Positions 10,574 through 23,059 of a stretch of 64,000 bases of DNA are shown here, piece after piece. The position numbers and the translations under genes were made by a program. Location: the NCBI GenBank assembly GCA_937625935.1, contig OW569376.1, forward strand, positions 310,001 through 374,000, read 5' to 3'. Positions within the stretch are counted from its first letter, which is position 1. Each line of letters starts with the position of its first letter. Under the pieces are notes generated by a model. The model worked only from the letters and a program-made list of their open reading frames with translations, did not search any database and was not told the DNA's origin. Source of the stretch: Tetramitus jugosus (taxonomy: Eukaryota > Protista > Heterolobosea).

Positions 10574-13500
10574 TTATACAACCCATCGATTGCGACCATT
10601 ATCCAAGCTGGTGCAAGAACTAATTAGATTTTGGGTGGTCCTTACAATGCTATGACATTCCACAAATGATAGATCACAATCAATATTTTGTACGAGACCT
10701 CCATCTCGATCAATTCTGGCCACCAGATCAACCCCAGGCTTCACATTCACATCCACTCGATTGATATCTTCAATCGAGAGACCTAGTTTTCTTCTGCTCC
10801 AGACAACACCTGGGGCACTAAAAGATATTGAAGGTAGACCGTGTCTAGCTCCTACAATCTTGGCCAAACCTCCTCCCAGACTGTGTCCTGCTAGAACCAC
10901 ATTCCGTTGTGTCTTAATATCTTCAACATATTCGTCTAAAACTTGATAGTAGAAACGTTGTTGTTCCATGGACGGATTCATCGTGAATAATTCAATGCGA
11001 TAAATCCAATAAATAATACCTGTTGTCAATCGCTCGGGCCAAAAAGTTACAAAGGGTCCCAGCAAACTAGCTCCCTGTAAAAGAACAGCTTCCTTCCAAA
11101 TATCAAAATCTTGAATGATATCTTGTGCAGTTGTCGTACCACGCACACCAACAATTGACAAATTCTTTGCGGGTACATACAGATCGTAGAAATAAATCGT
11201 TTCGTTGTATCTGGCCACAACTCGGCAATCATGGCATTGTGGAAACCAAGTTTTAAAATCATGAGTCCAATATGGATCGTCAGAGTACGCCAAAGTAGCG
11301 AAGAAGGCATAATCGACGATTGAATAACCATGCCAACGCTCTGAGCATATATCATATGGCATTTTGGTATTGTTTGGTATGACACCAGTTCTGGCATAGT
11401 CTCTCACCTCATTTGCATTATCACTTAATCCACCAATGACAAACACACAACCCATCAGCACAATATAGAAAAAGAAGAAACCGAACAGAGAATCGGCTGC
11501 ATCTTGTTCAAATCTCTTGAATAGAACGAAACACACTGAAAAGAGCATGCCCAACAACACTAACATGGCTGCCCAACTAACTGACACACCAGTTAGAATT
11601 AGCAATGCAACTACTAAAACTAACGTGACGCTTGTGAATGTCATCACGGAGAGTACTCTGAATAGAGAATGCTCCAATCCATTGTGTAAGTAGGCAGGAA
11701 CTTGACGAGTTCCACCCAAGAAAATATCAGCCTTGCTACTAAAGGGTACACGCAGCAGGTTCGATGCTTCTCCAATTGCCGAAACAACAGCATTGGGCTC
11801 TTTCTCATCTTTTTCCTCAATACTTTTTCTTGAGAGCCACTTGGGTATCCACCGTTTGATCGATGCAATGTAATTCTTGACGTTAAATCTGAGGATATAC
11901 AGGAAACATATATAGGCACAGAGAAACAGTGGAAGAATGAAAACTAAATAGGAATGTGTGAGTGTTGACGTACAGGTTATAAATGTCTTGCATGATGAAT
12001 AGAACAGAACATACTCAAGTGATAGTCTGAGAAATCAAAAACACCACACACGGCCAGAACCATCACGAACAGATAGGTGAGTAGCTTTGATGATGTAAAT
12101 ACAACCTCTGGTGAGTTGTAGAACACTTCTTCGATTACTGCAATGTATCTCTGCATAAAGGAATCACGCCAAGCACTCTTTAGTCTCTTCTTGCTTGGTT
12201 TATGGGCAGGAATATAAACAAACTTGTTGATTAACATGTTTAAGATGATCACTCCCAGAGTAACAGCTGACAATGTATAGACTTTCCATTGTTGAATCAC
12301 TCCTAGAGCACTTACACAAATAATAAGAACCAGCATTGCTAATACAATCCATAATTCACGAATCAAAAAGTAAACTTTTGCCTTGCTGCTTCGATCTCTG
12401 AAACGTCGCACAAGATTGGGAATACCAATCGGTGTCAAGCAACAATACCATGCCAAAAGAATCCAAAGATTCTTCTCCTTTGATACATCGACAAAATTAG
12501 AGCTGTAGCGTGCGGTAGGCGCTTCTGCAACCGACTTCACCTCATGATACTCTGAGATCTCATCCAATGTACTTGCATTCAATATTGAAATATAGCTATC
12601 GGATGGTTGACGCGAGTGACGAGGGGGTCTCATCGTGGGAGATGCTTGCTGAGTAGTCGTTCCCAAAACTACAGTCGTCTTTGTTTTCGATACTTTGACA
12701 TTCACCTCCTTTGTTTGTGGCAATGCAGATTCAACATCTCCTTTTCTTGGAGATACATCTGGTTGTGCCTGATTGAGCGCGCCGTGAATTGTTTCAGAAG
12801 TTACACCGTCCTCTGCTTCAATCTCCATCTCTCCGTCCTCTACGCCATTATCCATTGCTTCAATCGCAGAACCCAATGTTCCATCGTCATCCTCATCCTC
12901 GTTACCATCAACATGATTCCCATAATCACCACCGTTCATATGACCCTCCTCACCCTGATGATTCAAATCATTACGTGTAAGATCGTCATCATCATGATTC
13001 ACGCGATCAAGAGGCTCCAATGCTGTCTCATGTGTGTGTTTGTTCAGATCATGATGCTCCTCTTGTTCATCAAAATGCTGTTGCTGTTGCTGCTCTTGTT
13101 CATGTCTCTCGGCCAATTCGTCCAGATTGTGCTGCGAAGACCTCATTCTCTCAAAGTACTTTCTCCGATGAGTCACAAACATGAGCAATCGCTTGTAGCT
13201 CTCAACAACACTGCCCAACCACCACAACAATATAACGGCTAGTGTCACAAATGAACCCACACTCAAAAACGCTTGTACTCCAATGGACACATTGGCAAAC
13301 GTAATCATAAACACGACTCCACACACAACGGGAACAATCTCCAACACGATAATCATCATGAGTTGCAAAAACAAATCGACCCATCTAGGAATGGAACATT
13401 CGGTTCGGAAACTGACGAGAAACATTGTAAATTTCTCTGAAATCTTTGTGAATTGATCGTGACTCCAGATGAGACGAATGAACTGAACAGATTTGCTCAA

Positions 13501-13914
13501 CAGGGACGCAAATGTGAAACAAGTGACTCCCAACATGCCTACAATGGACAATTGATAACAGACGATTCGTGCATTCGAATAGGAAGGAGTAGGTATGATA
13601 CTACTGCCTATACTACTGCTCATACTGCTGTTCGTAGCACTCATCATGAGCTGTCGTTTAAAATTGACAGTGGAAGTGATGTTTTTTTCCTGTTGTTCCA
13701 CTAGTCTGAACATGTAAAACAGCTGGATGCCAAACGAGATGCCCTGCAACGTGACCAACAGCGATGCGAGAATGGCATTGTATGTGAGATAGACTCGACG
13801 AACAAGCATAAACCAGTGCTTGTCTATTGGATGTGCATATTGTGATTGTTGTTGTTGTTGTTGTTTATTGTGATTGTTGTGATTCGATGCACGAAGCAAC
13901 TTCACATTATCCAT
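10574..13914 (-). CDS. Multi-pass membrane protein with C-terminal class-3 (Atg15-like) lipase domain; 2 exons, intron 11944-12014
   Basis: Splicing the 71-nt GTATGT...TTTAG intron joins ORF 11977-13914 to the frame of ORF 10574-11719 (DYHL-IFILPLF...LGGTRQV). Lipase motifs are VGVRGT, GHSLGGG and SFSAPG. Confidence 0.85.
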
Positions 13915-14036
13915 TGTTTTTTTTTCTTCTTGTGGGTCGTTTCTGAATGTGTTGTTGTTGTTCTTTGCTGGTGTTGGAATCTGTGAATTCAGGTGCGCAG
14001 CAGAAATGCCAAAAAAAATTTCCGTTCGGAATGGAA

Positions 14037-15895
14037 CTACGACAGTTCGAGTGAATTCCTTTTGGTGAGCTCTTCTTGTTCTTGTGGCGATGATGATATC
14101 ATGTTGGTGGCGTTCAGATCTGCAGAATCGACATCATCTTTTGAGGGTACACCTTCTTGATTCTGTTCTGACAATTCTTGCTCAACATTGTTCTTGCCAT
14201 CTTCTTCTTCCAAGCTCACAAACTGTGTATCCTTTGGGCCAATCTTACAGAATGCAATGTATCCGAGAGTAGTGACAAATACGAGACATCCCAAACATCC
14301 AGCAATCCAAACAACTACGGATGATTCCCTAAAGTAAGATATAAACAGATCAATCACCAACCAAATGTTCAATCCGATCACGAATAGCACACAGGACCAA
14401 CCAACAATCCGTGTAAGTATTCCATTCCTATATTCTTTCATTTCAGAGTGACTAGTGATTCTTATGAGTGGAATCATTGCAAAAGGAAGCTGAATGGACA
14501 GGATGACCTGAGACCAAACAAGCAATGAGGTACCATTCCTCTCACCAAATATCACAAGAACTAAAACAGCTGGCAAAATAGCAATTCCTCTCGTAATTAG
14601 TCTTCGAATCCATGGTCTCACCTTCAAATTGACAAATCCTTCCATAACCATTTGACCTGCCAGTGTTCCACAAATGGTAGATGATTGGCCAGAGGCGAGC
14701 AGTGCGACTCCGAACACAACAGATGCGGCCTTTCCAAACAATGAGTGCATCATCTCGTGAGCATCCTCTATGGCCACAATCTCCTTTTTGCCAAAGAATG
14801 AGGCACATGAGACGATCAAGATTGCCGCATTGACGAATAATGCCATGTTCAACGACAAGAATGCATCCACAATCGCGAACCGGCAATATCTCTTAGTAAT
14901 GACTGGATTGTCGGATGCACGAGAAAGAATGAGTCCAGAGTGCAAGTACAGATTGTGAGGCATGATAGTTGCGCCCAATATACCTGTCACAACAGGCAAA
15001 CTTCCACGTGGTAACGAAGGCACAGCACCTCGCACAATTCCCTTGATATCTGGCTTTGAAATCACCATCTCAACAACAAAGCATGCAGAAATGAGTGTCA
15101 TGAGACCCAAAATAACAACTTCTGTGATTCGGTGCCCCAAACGTTGCAACAAGAGAAATAGGAGAGTATCAAAGGCAGTGAGCAAAACACCCCATATGAG
15201 CGGCAGTCCAAACAACAATTTCAAGCCAATCGCTGTTCCTAACACTTCTGCCAAATCTGTGGCAGCAATCGCAACTTCAGCCAATATCCACAACAGTGGA
15301 GTCACATGCGAAGGATAAAAATTGGAGCACTGCTGTGAGAGATCCTTCTTGGTTACGAGTCCCAGCTTGGCAGACAACGACTGAAGAACAATGGCAAACA
15401 TGTTTGACACCAGCAACACCCACAAGAGAGAGTATCCAAATGTTGATCCGCCCTCAATGTCAGTCGCCCCTATGAAAATACAACACAACAACCAAGCATT
15501 GTTAGTACAGTAATCAAGCGTTTTAATAAAAAATCCATCTTCTTACAATTTCCAGGATCAACATATCCAACTGAAATGAGCACAGCAGGACCTAGAAACT
15601 TCAAAAATTGTTTGATTTTCGTCATCAATGTGTCATTCTCTGGCAGTGAAGTCACACCCATTCCATTCTCCATCTGAATACTACTAGCTTCTTCATTCAT
15701 TGTTGTGTCTATTGCTCGTTCAATACTCTCCACTGAGTCACTCGTGATGTTTTGTTGGGTGGCAGCGTTTGCTTCCACAACGGGCGATAACCGACCTTTT
15801 ATTCTATTGTTGTCTTCCTGAATAGGCATGGTATGATCGGTCATAAAGTACTCGTGAGGAGTCGTGGGACTCGCAGTTGCTGTCGTTGTTGGCAT
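14037..15895 (-). CDS. NRAMP: NRAMP/MntH-family divalent metal transporter; intron 15470-15546
   Basis: Splicing the 77-nt GTAAG...CATAG intron restores YVDPGNWATDIEGG. Also has MPHNLYLHS and GQSSTICGTLAGQMVMEGF. Confidence 0.95.
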
Positions 15896-16090
15896 TGTTT
15901 TTTGTTTGTTTTATTTTTGTGAAGTTTTGTTGGTGGGTGATGTGTTCCAAGTGTGGGTTCGAATGATCTGATCTTTTCAAGCAGCAGGCAGCACGTGTCG
16001 ATTCGGGTGCGCGTTTTTTGGGGACCCAAATTTCATTAGATAAACAGCGAACGGTCCAAGAAAAATGAATGGAAGGTGGCAATTGACCTG

Positions 16091-18709
16091 TTAGTTTATT
16101 CGATTGGGTTGACTATTGTCAATATCATTAGTTGCTGAAGAAAATTGTTGTTGTTGCCAACTCCATTCTGCATGATTGTTGTTCGCCAGTGGTTGGACTT
16201 GTTGCTGCTGGAACAGACCACTGTTAGCAGAAGAAGCCATCCATCCCTCGTGATGCATAACAGGAGGACCTCCTCCCAAGTGTTCTGAACTGGAGACACC
16301 AGATGTTGTCATATCCGTGGGAAGTTTTCTGTTATTTGAACCTACAGTCTCAATCATATTCATGGACTGCATCTGTTGACTCAACCGCCGTACTCCCAGT
16401 CCAACATCCTGTTGTTGAGAATTAAATAATTGCTGTTGATGGTGCTGTGATCCTGATGACGACGAGGAAGGTGGTGATGCATTGCTTGTCGTTGTTGCAG
16501 TGTAGTGGAACTGTTGTTGTTGTGGATTGGATGTTGCTGACTGATGATGATGATGATTGTAACCAAAATTGTTTGCACTATTGTTGTTGCTTGCATTCTC
16601 TCTCATAATGTCCACAAAACTAGAATGATCATGACCACCTCTTCTCTTGTGAATAAATAGTCCATCTTGATGCTGAGACATGGGTGTTGACTCTTGTTTA
16701 ATGATGACTCGACTTCCTGATGATGACGACGATGATGCTGGAGCAACACTGCTCATGTTACTCTCCACCATATTCGAATGTTGTTGATGATATGGGAACA
16801 TGTTCTGTGCAGAAGATGATGTCAATTGATCATGTTGTGAATGAGCAGTGCTGCCTTGATTGATTGTGATGGATGGTGCATTGGTCGTCGTAGTAGTCGT
16901 AGTAGGATAGGGAGAGTACCGATGTGTCTGATTGATAATTAATTTGCTCTTACCAGAGTTCACATTGTTTGAAGCTGTAATCTTCAATGGTGTGACAACA
17001 GATGTGATAATTGTATTGCCAGCTGTGCTTGTTGTCGATGTGGGAGAAGTGGATGGATGAGGATGATTCTGGTGAGGATGCTGATGATGATGATGAGACA
17101 TGTGATCATTGGATGTCGGAGATTGCATATCATATCGTATCGAGTGGTGATGAGGTGATGGCGCATAGAGTTGTTGTGACGCAGCAGAAGGTGACGCTAG
17201 TGAATGTTGTGGTGATGGGGAGGGAGATGGTTGTTGATAATAGTGCATGTTTTGATTCGAATGAGGAGATGGTGATGCATTGGTAAAGGACAAAAATGGT
17301 GTCTGCTGTGGTTGATGTTGCTGTTGAATCACGTGTTGATTGATCATTGATCCTCCATGATATTGCTGTTGCTGAGACATGGAGTAGTGAGTTGATGATG
17401 ATGGTACAATTGTGGATGACGATGTGTTCTGATGTTGTTGTGGATGATAACTACCATGGAGGAGGAGATTGTTGGGACCATTGGGTGATTGTGGTGTTGA
17501 GGTTGAACTTGCAGTAGGTGATGATAATGGTGGTTGTTGATGATGATGAGAGTGATGTTGTTGTTGTTGTTGTTGCAACACTTGCAGTTGAGGTACTGTT
17601 GTAGGTTGATGTTGATGGAACTGATACTGTGAAAAAGCAACTCCATTGTTATTGCTATTGTTGTTGTTGTTGTTCTGCATCAAATAACTGCTCGTATTAT
17701 TATTGTTATTGGTGGTGTTGTTGGTATGATTCATAGAGAGAGCAGAGGAAGCACCTCCAACAGTAGCCGCAGCAGTAGCAGTCACAACAGCAGCGGTAGT
17801 AGAGGTATTTGTGGTGGTGGTGTTACCACCTCCCAATTCATCATCATCATCTTCATTCTCACTGCTTGATCCATCAGAGTATCCATATGGGATACCACTC
17901 AATGGTGTCGTCAGATATTTTGGATCATTTTTGATTGTTTGAACTTCCTCTTCCAATTTCGCCTTTTCTTCAATGGTTTGAGCATAACTCTTCATATCAC
18001 CACTTTCTTCACACCGTTTCAACATGATCAACAAGACATCGATTCTACGCTGTATGCTATTCAACTGTTCATCACGCAAGTGTAAAAGTTTATCCAATAC
18101 AAAAAATTTAGAATACAAAAAAAAATGGGTCAGCTAATCGTGTTCAACAACAACAACAAAATACAAGTAAATTTTTGAGATACATACTCTTCTGTAGGGC
18201 CACCTCGAAATATTGTATTCTCTGCACAGTCTCTTGAGTTGTGTTAAGCTAATGCCCAAAATCTGAGAGGCATCTCTAATGGGCATCTCAAAACATTGTG
18301 CAATATCATCCAATGTAATGTGTTTCCTGTGCTTCCGTATTATAATTTCCTTGTTGTTGGTCATTGTTGTCTTCTTTGGTTTCTTGGTCCTCGATTTTCG
18401 AATCTTATTCTTGTTGTCCTTTCCATTGTCATTGTCCATGGAGGGTGATGATGGTGATTTATTGTCCAGGTCGTGACCTTCTGTTGGTGATTGAGATTGT
18501 TGTTGTGAGGATGGTAGTGATGAGCCAGCATGAGATGGATGTGTAGAAGGAGGTTCAGAATGATGATGATAGCTACTACCACTGCTGGAATTCATCATCA
18601 TGTTCATGTTGGTTGGAGGTGATGAAGATGGAGAACTGTTGTTGCTATTGTTATTGCTACTGTGAGTGTGGTTGTTGTGGGTGTTTATGGCTGATGACGT
18701 TGCGGACAT
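16091..18709 (-). CDS. RWP-RK domain transcription factor with long low-complexity C-terminus; intron 18065-18187 (alternative start at 18829)
   Basis: ITLDDIAQCFEMPIRDASQILGISLTQLKRLCREYNISRWPYRR. Removing the 123-nt GTATGT...AACAG intron gives RWPYRR-LNSIQRRI, in frame with ORF 16091-18118. Confidence 0.9.
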
Positions 18710-19285
18710 GTCTGTTCTATTGAGTGAAATCTTGTTGTTGTTATTGATGTTATTGTTGTTGTTGTTGTTGGTGATGATGTCGTTGTTGGTTGTTGTTGTT
18801 CGGGTGAATGTACGGTGATGAAGCAGCATGCAGGAGGATTGAGCTCTTTTATGGGTAATTTGAGAGGGTTCTCGAATTCGAAGAGAGATGACAATAGAGC
18901 AACACGCGTGTGACCTCTTGATTGATCGTGTGGGTGAGTGGGTCAAGTTGCGGGGAGAGGTAGTGGTAGTGATTCACACAGATGATGATGATGTCCTCGA
19001 GACGATGGTGACGTTTTTTTGGTTCTCGCTCTGTGGGAGAACGTGAATCCTCTTTCCCGTGTTTTTTTTTGAGCTCTCGACAGGCACAATATTCAACCAA
19101 CAGCGGAACCAAAAATTTGCGACTGTTTATGACGGCAATACTGTACTTTTTGAGAAGAGACCAATTTTTAAAAAAGGAAGGTTGAGTTGCCACAATTCAG
19201 AGAATCTCCCCAAGCTCTCTGTCACAAAAGAAAGGATGCGAAGGTTCGAGGGTTCTATATCGCAAGAGGCAGTAAATGGACATGC

Positions 19286-20563
19286 TTATACTACGCATTG
19301 TTCGGACTGGTCCTTGACTATCAAATGATTGGTCACTTCATCGAACAAACTCCATTCGCAGAAATCGGAATCGATGACCGCTGGACACACTTTGGTTGTC
19401 ACATCGACTCCATCATATAAAACTTTGACAGCAAACTGATTGTTAGAGCTTGTTGTTCTCTCATACAGTTCAATTACGATATTAGCGGCGTACTTTGGCC
19501 ATCTTTGATCATAGAAGCCGAGCATGGCAGCCAACGGTGCTACACTTGTGTCATGACCAGAGTGCAATGAGAAACGGATCACACCTTGTTGTTGAGACAC
19601 ACGATTATTTGGACTCTTCATGGCAGTCATCAATTGTTCCTTGATTCGCTTGAGGAATGGTCCCATTGATAATCGGAGGAACAATTTGTCTGCCAACAGC
19701 AACCCATACTCTGTCTCCGCACCCAATGTCAACTCATTCACAAGCTGTTGTGTCCAACCGTGTGTTAAGCTATAGTTGTGTGCACTTCGACACGCAAACA
19801 CATCATAGAGTGCTGTCCATCCGGGAAACATTGTTGTACCCAAATTCTTCAACACTTGTTCTCTCACATGAGCAAAATTCTTCTCAAATTGCTTGTATGA
19901 CTCACCATTGACCACATTTTGACGCAACAGTGCCAACTTTGGACACTGAGCAAAATTGGGAAACATGTCACATGTGCCTTCTGATTGTACTTGAATGGGA
20001 AAGGTGGTGGGTCGATGGTTCGGTGGTACCAGACCCAAGAATTGACTCTGTGCACTCTGAATGGTTCGAGGCACATCAGTCGACTCGATACGTATCTGGT
20101 CCATCAATGATCGATCATTGTCCCACAATTGCATCTCACTGTACTTGTTATAAAAGTGTTTTCCCAGTTCAAAGTGCTGTTGCATGCCTACTTGTGTCAA
20201 CTGACCCATGCTACAATTGCCTGGCAACGGATTTCCATGATTGTCAATTCTTTTAATGAACATTGTTGTCGTTGATGATGATGATTGAGTGATCGTAGTA
20301 GAGAGAGGATTGACTGAAATGTCATTGGGTAGTGCACAGAGCCATGTGACTTCAGATAGATTGGATATGGTGTGCACTGGTGTTCTATCACCGTGTCTTG
20401 TCAACACTTGAACTTGTCGAATACGATAATTGTCATTGTTGTTGCTTCTGAGAGTAGTAGACTCTACATGGTAGATGAAGAAGAAGAACAACAAGGTGAG
20501 TATCAAGAAGTGTACTCGAGATGATGGTTGTTGTTGTTGCGAGTGACGTGTTGTTGGCGACAT
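19286..20563 (-). CDS. Secreted/lysosomal histidine acid phosphatase (branch 2)
   Basis: Hydrophobic signal segment, RHGDRTP, GQLT..G..QH, RTIQSA and SGHD. Confidence 0.93.
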   Translation of the reverse strand: MSPTTRHSQQQQPSSRVHFLILTLLFFFFIYHVESTTLRSNNNDNYRIRQVQVLTRHGDRTPVHTISNLSEVTWLCALPNDISVNPLSTTITQSSSSTTTMFIKRIDNHGNPLPGNCSMGQLTQVGMQQHFELGKHFYNKYSEMQLWDNDRSLMDQIRIESTDVPRTIQSAQSQFLGLVPPNHRPTTFPIQVQSEGTCDMFPNFAQCPKLALLRQNVVNGESYKQFEKNFAHVREQVLKNLGTTMFPGWTALYDVFACRSAHNYSLTHGWTQQLVNELTLGAETEYGLLLADKLFLRLSMGPFLKRIKEQLMTAMKSPNNRVSQQQGVIRFSLHSGHDTSVAPLAAMLGFYDQRWPKYAANIVIELYERTTSSNNQFAVKVLYDGVDVTTKVCPAVIDSDFCEWSLFDEVTNHLIVKDQSEQCVV

Positions 20564-20925
20564 TGTGTGTTGTTTTTTTTGGTGTCCCGATTTCAGTGTT
20601 ATGTCGGTGTTATTCTTGATCCCAGAACAGTTTCAGGTGACTATCCCCAGTAACGTATGTCCCACAATATCATGGGGGCACCCAGAGACAGAAGATCTCA
20701 CAATTCAATAGAAATCGCAAGGTCAAGGAGATTGAGGCCCCTCTTTTAGAGGTGATATGGGTATGGAACCCACTAACAATAGAATTACAATCATACACTA
20801 AGCAATTATCCATGAGCAATGCACAGTAAACTGGAACTTGTTTTTGATATAATTCACAGTAGCTAGTCTTCCCCTTGACAAGAGATCACAACCAGCTGTT
20901 ATCATGTCGTTTATTTATCAGTGTC

Positions 20926-22686
20926 TCACTCCTTGATAATCCAAAAGTCATCGATCACGTAACCGTCAACCTTCACAAATTGGAAGTGAAGTGATGTAGC
21001 ATTGACAAGGTCCATTCTTGTGAAACCATATTGCAATCCACGAACAAGAGACCAAGATGGAGAAGGATCTTGAAATTTCTCGGCAATCATGGCACCACTG
21101 GTTCCAATGGTTAAGTGAGTTGTTGCCTTTGGATTTCTGTAAACATCCCTAGTTATCTGGGAGTCAACTACTGGGACACCGTTAAATACTGGCCATGTTC
21201 TCTCATAGCAGTGCATGTGACCCCAGATGGCCAAATCGACACCATATTTCTGTAGGAGTGGTTCAAGGGTTATTAATTTGCCGGAATCAGTTGAAACATC
21301 AGATGAATACATGGGTCTGTGTCCCAACAGAATGATCCAAGGTGTTATGCTCCTCCTTTCATTGGCCAACTTGAGATCATACTCTAACCATGTGTGTCCA
21401 GGCGTACCTGGGACATAGTCTGCAATATCACGTTCTGTGCACATCGACACAAAATGAATACCTTCATAGTCAAAACTATAGAAAAAGTTTGCATTGGAGG
21501 GAGGGGCTTTAGGGTCTGTCCTAATGTCTCCAAGTCTATCACCTGGCATGTGGAATCTGTTAATAAATGAAGTATAATTGTAATACTTTTCGTGATTTCC
21601 GACTGAAACCATGTAGGGAATGTAAGCACCGAGAGGAGACACTTGCTTACCCCACAAGTCCCAGAATATCTCAAATTCCCATTGCTTGCCTGTACCTGCG
21701 TAGCTTATATCTCCAACGTGGACTACCATGTCAAAATTTCTCTTCTGATGCTCGTTCATGAGTCCTTTCATGACAGCAAAACCAAGCGGCATCACTGTAC
21801 CCATATCACCATAGGTTGCAAAGCTAACAGGGTATTGGGTTTTGCCAGGCAATGATGGTGTTGTGAATGAGAATATTTCACTCCAACAGTCTTCATCTCT
21901 CGATCCCACTCGATAGTAATACTTGGTGGCAGGCTTCAAATCCTTGACAAAGACCTTGTGTATCCATCCATCCCATCCAAGTACACCTGCCTCATAGGTA
22001 TAATTTGTGCCCAATGCAGCCAAATTCAATGCATTCTCTGCAGTTCCGTACAACACTTTGGTGACTGGTGTTGATTGACGAGTGATCCACATAATGACCA
22101 TCTCGCTTGTCGTATTCCTTCCCAGGGTCAATCGAACTTGTTCTGCACATGTACGATCGTCATCTCCCAATGGGCCATTCCTTGGAGCAAAGTGTGGAGA
22201 CTTTGAAAAGATTTTTTCAAACTCAACAAAAGACAAGGACCATGACTCAGCGAACAATCTTCCATTGTCTGATGCTAATACTGATTGTTTCGTCAGCATT
22301 GGTCGACCCAACATTTGTTGATTCATCACATTCAACAACTGAGAAACACTTGCTCTCTTCTCTGCAATAAATGGAAATCTCTTTTCACTGACAATCTTGG
22401 CGGACAACAAATCCTGAACTTCACTGTCCTTCCAATCATCGTCATCATGTTCGTAGAACAGCTCTAAAAACACTGCGAACTCGTCAGCTGAAATCATTCG
22501 GTCTTCATTCTTGTCAATCAGAGAGAATAGTTGCACTAAATCTCGATCAATGTACTGGGAAGTTAACATGGGACTCTTGTTGTTCTTGTCTGGAGATGAT
22601 GCTGCACAAACATTGATGATAACGACAAGCAACAGTGCTGCCAGAACAAGCCCTACACACATATAATTCTTGAAACCACTTCTCAT
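20926..22686 (-). CDS. Purple acid phosphatase (FN3-like N domain plus metallophosphoesterase) with an N-terminal EF-hand
   Basis: GDMG, GDISYA, GNHE, GHRPMY and GHMHCYER; signal peptide after ATG 22686; EF loop DKNEDRMISADE. Confidence 0.92.
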   Translation of the reverse strand: MRSGFKNYMCVGLVLAALLLVVIINVCAASSPDKNNKSPMLTSQYIDRDLVQLFSLIDKNEDRMISADEFAVFLELFYEHDDDDWKDSEVQDLLSAKIVSEKRFPFIAEKRASVSQLLNVMNQQMLGRPMLTKQSVLASDNGRLFAESWSLSFVEFEKIFSKSPHFAPRNGPLGDDDRTCAEQVRLTLGRNTTSEMVIMWITRQSTPVTKVLYGTAENALNLAALGTNYTYEAGVLGWDGWIHKVFVKDLKPATKYYYRVGSRDEDCWSEIFSFTTPSLPGKTQYPVSFATYGDMGTVMPLGFAVMKGLMNEHQKRNFDMVVHVGDISYAGTGKQWEFEIFWDLWGKQVSPLGAYIPYMVSVGNHEKYYNYTSFINRFHMPGDRLGDIRTDPKAPPSNANFFYSFDYEGIHFVSMCTERDIADYVPGTPGHTWLEYDLKLANERRSITPWIILLGHRPMYSSDVSTDSGKLITLEPLLQKYGVDLAIWGHMHCYERTWPVFNGVPVVDSQITRDVYRNPKATTHLTIGTSGAMIAEKFQDPSPSWSLVRGLQYGFTRMDLVNATSLHFQFVKVDGYVIDDFWIIKE

Positions 22687-23059
22687 CTCTCGGACTTTGT
22701 TACTTTTTGTTGGGGGAGATGATAGCAAGCTGCTCACTTCAAATTTTTGTTTCTGATGTTGGAGTTGAAGGTTGAAATGGACAGGGCCCAACAAAATTTA
22801 GAAGGTTTTTCAAGATGACATCATCAACGAAGATTGAATGTCAGGCTCGTGCTGCTCCCGATATAAAAGGTGATACCGCGGTTTAAAAAATTTACAACAC
22901 AAACGGAGATATAATTCATCGGTGTTATTCACACAAAACCCGATCTATGACCACGTGTGTGTCAAAGAGCTTTCTTTCAACAGTGCGAGTTCGCTTCACA
23001 AAACAAAGAACAAATTATTAATTGATCGATCACACACACACACACAACAGAACAAGAAG

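Noticed and set aside
15950-15970. GGTTCGAAT T-loop-like tRNA motif
   Set aside because: No cloverleaf stems or D-arm can be formed around it.
20680-20700. U6-like ACAGAGA box (CAGAGACAGAAGATC)
   Set aside because: It does not match ACAGAGAAGAUUAGC and lacks the flanking U6 elements.
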